From Trypanosoma brucei (taxonomy: Eukaryota), in contig CP000071.1 in NCBI GenBank assembly GCA_000002445.1, positions 1,536,001 to 1,600,000 of the forward strand: DNA of 64,000 nt. Direction: 5' to 3'. Shown here piece after piece: positions 62,181 to 64,000 of the stretch. Position numbers and translations under genes: made by a program. Position 1 is the stretch's first letter, and the number at the start of each line of letters is the position of its first letter. The notes beneath the pieces were generated by a model. That model was given only the letters and a program-made list of their open reading frames with translations, had not been told where the DNA came from and did not search any database.

Positions 62181-63149
62181 TTACGAGGTTTGATTATATC
62201 CCCCACTCGTTGTATTTGTCCAGGTTATCGTATCCCCTTCGATCTCTAAGTTCGACACAGACGTTTTCTTTCCCTACGAACACGCACGTGTTTGTTTCTA
62301 TACTCTCTGATCGTTTTTCTACACTTTAAGTCCTTGGTATTTTGGTTCACAATTGATACAACTGTAGTTGAGTAACATACGAAGAGGGTCAGGAGGGTGT
62401 AAAAAGGGAGGGCGGGTGATTCAATAAGTTTGTCAGCAAAAGACTTACAGTATGAACACGTAGTTTCTGCCGAATGTTGCAGCAACAACGGGAATATCGC
62501 CTGGTCCAAAAACAATGAGAACAGTAAGGGGGATGCAACACCCTCGGTTCATTCCTCTCCTTCACTGCTCTAACTCTTTTCCAACCTTCCTTCCGGGCAC
62601 TTTTCTCCAAAGAAATCCGAAACTTCGTCGTCTTTGGCGACGGTTCTCGGAATTGAGGGAACATGATGCCTTGCAGGAACACTACCACTGGATAAAGTCG
62701 TAAAAGTACAAGATCACACTAAGTAAAAGAGTAATTAAAAAAGCATGAGCAACGAGTCCCTCAGAACACAATAAACACGAGCGTGGCTGTCGATTCCTTA
62801 CCCCCAAATGACCCCAAACGGCGGTGAGATCTCGACACGTCCCCTGTTTAACCGCCAACTAACCCAGTTCACTTCGCCAACGTTCTATGTTTTCGTCTAT
62901 GCACGTTCAATTCGGAACGATCAAACCGAAGTGAACACTATTTTCACTGCATGAACGTGAAACCGTTCGATTCTATTACTCTTTACGTTCGCAATCCCCG
63001 TGTGGATGTAAGCACCGAACATAATGGTTGTGCGTACAACCATAATATGAGCACCATGTAGCATTCCCCCATGGTGTAGTAAATACCGAGTCAAAGTAAT
63101 TTTCTATATAGTTGTGGCAACACCAATGCCAGGGTTTGTGATAATGTGG

Positions 63150-64000
63150 TTACGTCGCTGATACCCCTAATCTTGCTTCGTACGCACGAAGCCGGGCGGT
63201 TAGTTGTCCAATTGCTGCATCTTTCCTCCCAATAAGTGTGTGTGTATCGTGCAACTTCGAACTTAAATCTGTCAACTCTTCTTGCATCCTTCGATTGTCG
63301 TCCTCGTATGTTGCAAGTCTCGAGGAAAGCAACCTCACTGTACCCTGCAATTCGCTATTCAACTGTTCGCGATGCCTACCCTCTTCTTGCAAACGCTCCT
63401 TCGCCGCTTCTGTTTGGCCCAACATTTCCTGTAGCTGAAGACGCTGCCGTTCCGCGTCCCGCTGAGTTTGCGCCATATCCTTTAGACATTGCGCTTTAGC
63501 CTTCTGCGCACGGCTAAGATCTGCACGGAGTGTGTTTAGCACGTCGTCAAGTCGATGTAAATCGTCCTCGCGGAGCAACTTCTCTTCTGCAAGTTGATCT
63601 CGCAGTGAACCCATAGATGTGTCAGCTTCCCGACGCAGCTGATTAACTTCCTCACGCAGTCGATGCAGTTCAGAGTCCTTGAGAGCAGCTGCCTCGTGCA
63701 CCTTTGTTGCATCATTATGTAGTTTCTCTGCTTCACGACGAAGTGCCAGGGCCTCTTCTTCATGTTGTTGTTTCTGCGTGTGTAGCTGTCTCTCATGTTC
63801 CTTGGCCATTTCTGCAGCTTCCTTTGCATGTTGTCGAGCGTCGGCTTCGGAGGCTTCCAGAGCCTCCTCAAGTTCAGTGATTCGCTCACCTACCGCGGCG
63901 AGTTCGGAGTTCTTACGCTGCAACTCCTCTTCAAGTTCCTGTCGCCGCGTCTGTGTACGACGATGTGCCACTTTGGACTCTTCAGCAGCATCTCGTGATT
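63150..64000 (-). CDS. Charged coiled-coil protein, partial. It continues past the window end; the N-terminus is not in the window.
   Basis: The track ORF 63150–63971 begins at a GTG, not an ATG. The frame stays open to position 64000. 'ELEEELQRKNSELAAVGERITELEEALEASEADARQHAKEAAEMAKEHERQLHTQKQQHEEEALALRREAEKLH...' is a long heptad-type coiled coil. Confidence 0.5.
   Translation of the reverse strand, partial: SRDAAEESKVAHRRTQTRRQELEEELQRKNSELAAVGERITELEEALEASEADARQHAKEAAEMAKEHERQLHTQKQQHEEEALALRREAEKLHNDATKVHEAAALKDSELHRLREEVNQLRREADTSMGSLRDQLAEEKLLREDDLHRLDDVLNTLRADLSRAQKAKAQCLKDMAQTQRDAERQRLQLQEMLGQTEAAKERLQEEGRHREQLNSELQGTVRLLSSRLATYEDDNRRMQEELTDLSSKLHDTHTLIGRKDAAIGQLTARLRAYEARLGVSAT

Noticed and set aside
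1-64000. CRISPR arrays, restriction-modification, toxin-antitoxin, phage-defence or other prokaryotic 'systems'
   Set aside because: The sequence is eukaryotic (kinetoplastid). It has intron-less polycistronic genes with polypyrimidine/AG trans-splice signals, a eukaryotic tRNA, and RPL39, coatomer, cullin and UFM1. There are no direct-repeat/spacer arrays and no Shine-Dalgarno-spaced operons.

Overview
This 64 kb window is kinetoplastid (Trypanosoma-like) nuclear DNA; it is not prokaryotic. Inferring from gene content and order (delta-COP, RPL39, a CRK with kinase-domain inserts, UFM1), it resembles a T. brucei chromosome-8-like locus. Long intron-less ORFs are packed head-to-tail and separated by pyrimidine-rich, microsatellite-rich spacers, as expected for polycistronic units processed by trans-splicing. 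About 19 genes lie on the + strand from 0.3 to 49.1 kb. An ORF-poor convergent strand-switch region follows at 49.1–57.5 kb and carries a canonical tRNA-Arg(ACG) gene. A minus-strand unit then runs from 57.5 kb to the window end with 4 genes, the last one partial. Products I recognise with reasonable confidence are a cyclophilin, coatomer delta, ribosomal protein L39, UFM1, a CDK-like CRK kinase with a kinase-domain insertion, a cullin, an EMAP-II/Myf-type tRNA-binding protein, a COQ10-like START protein, an OSCA/TMEM63/CSC1 (DUF221) channel homologue and an Sm-fold protein. Two multi-domain proteins stand out: a mitochondrial-presequence protein with four dsRBD-like repeats, and an NYN/PIN-like domain followed by four WW domains. 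The supplied ORF track calls TTG and GTG as 'M'. I therefore checked each start against the nucleotides and moved three (341 to 362, 13595 to 13691, 19686 to 19689). There are no CRISPR arrays, no prokaryotic defence systems and no obvious transposons. The most unusual non-coding signal is a possible divergently oriented small-RNA gene about 95 bp upstream of the tRNA-Arg, the classic trypanosome Pol III arrangement.
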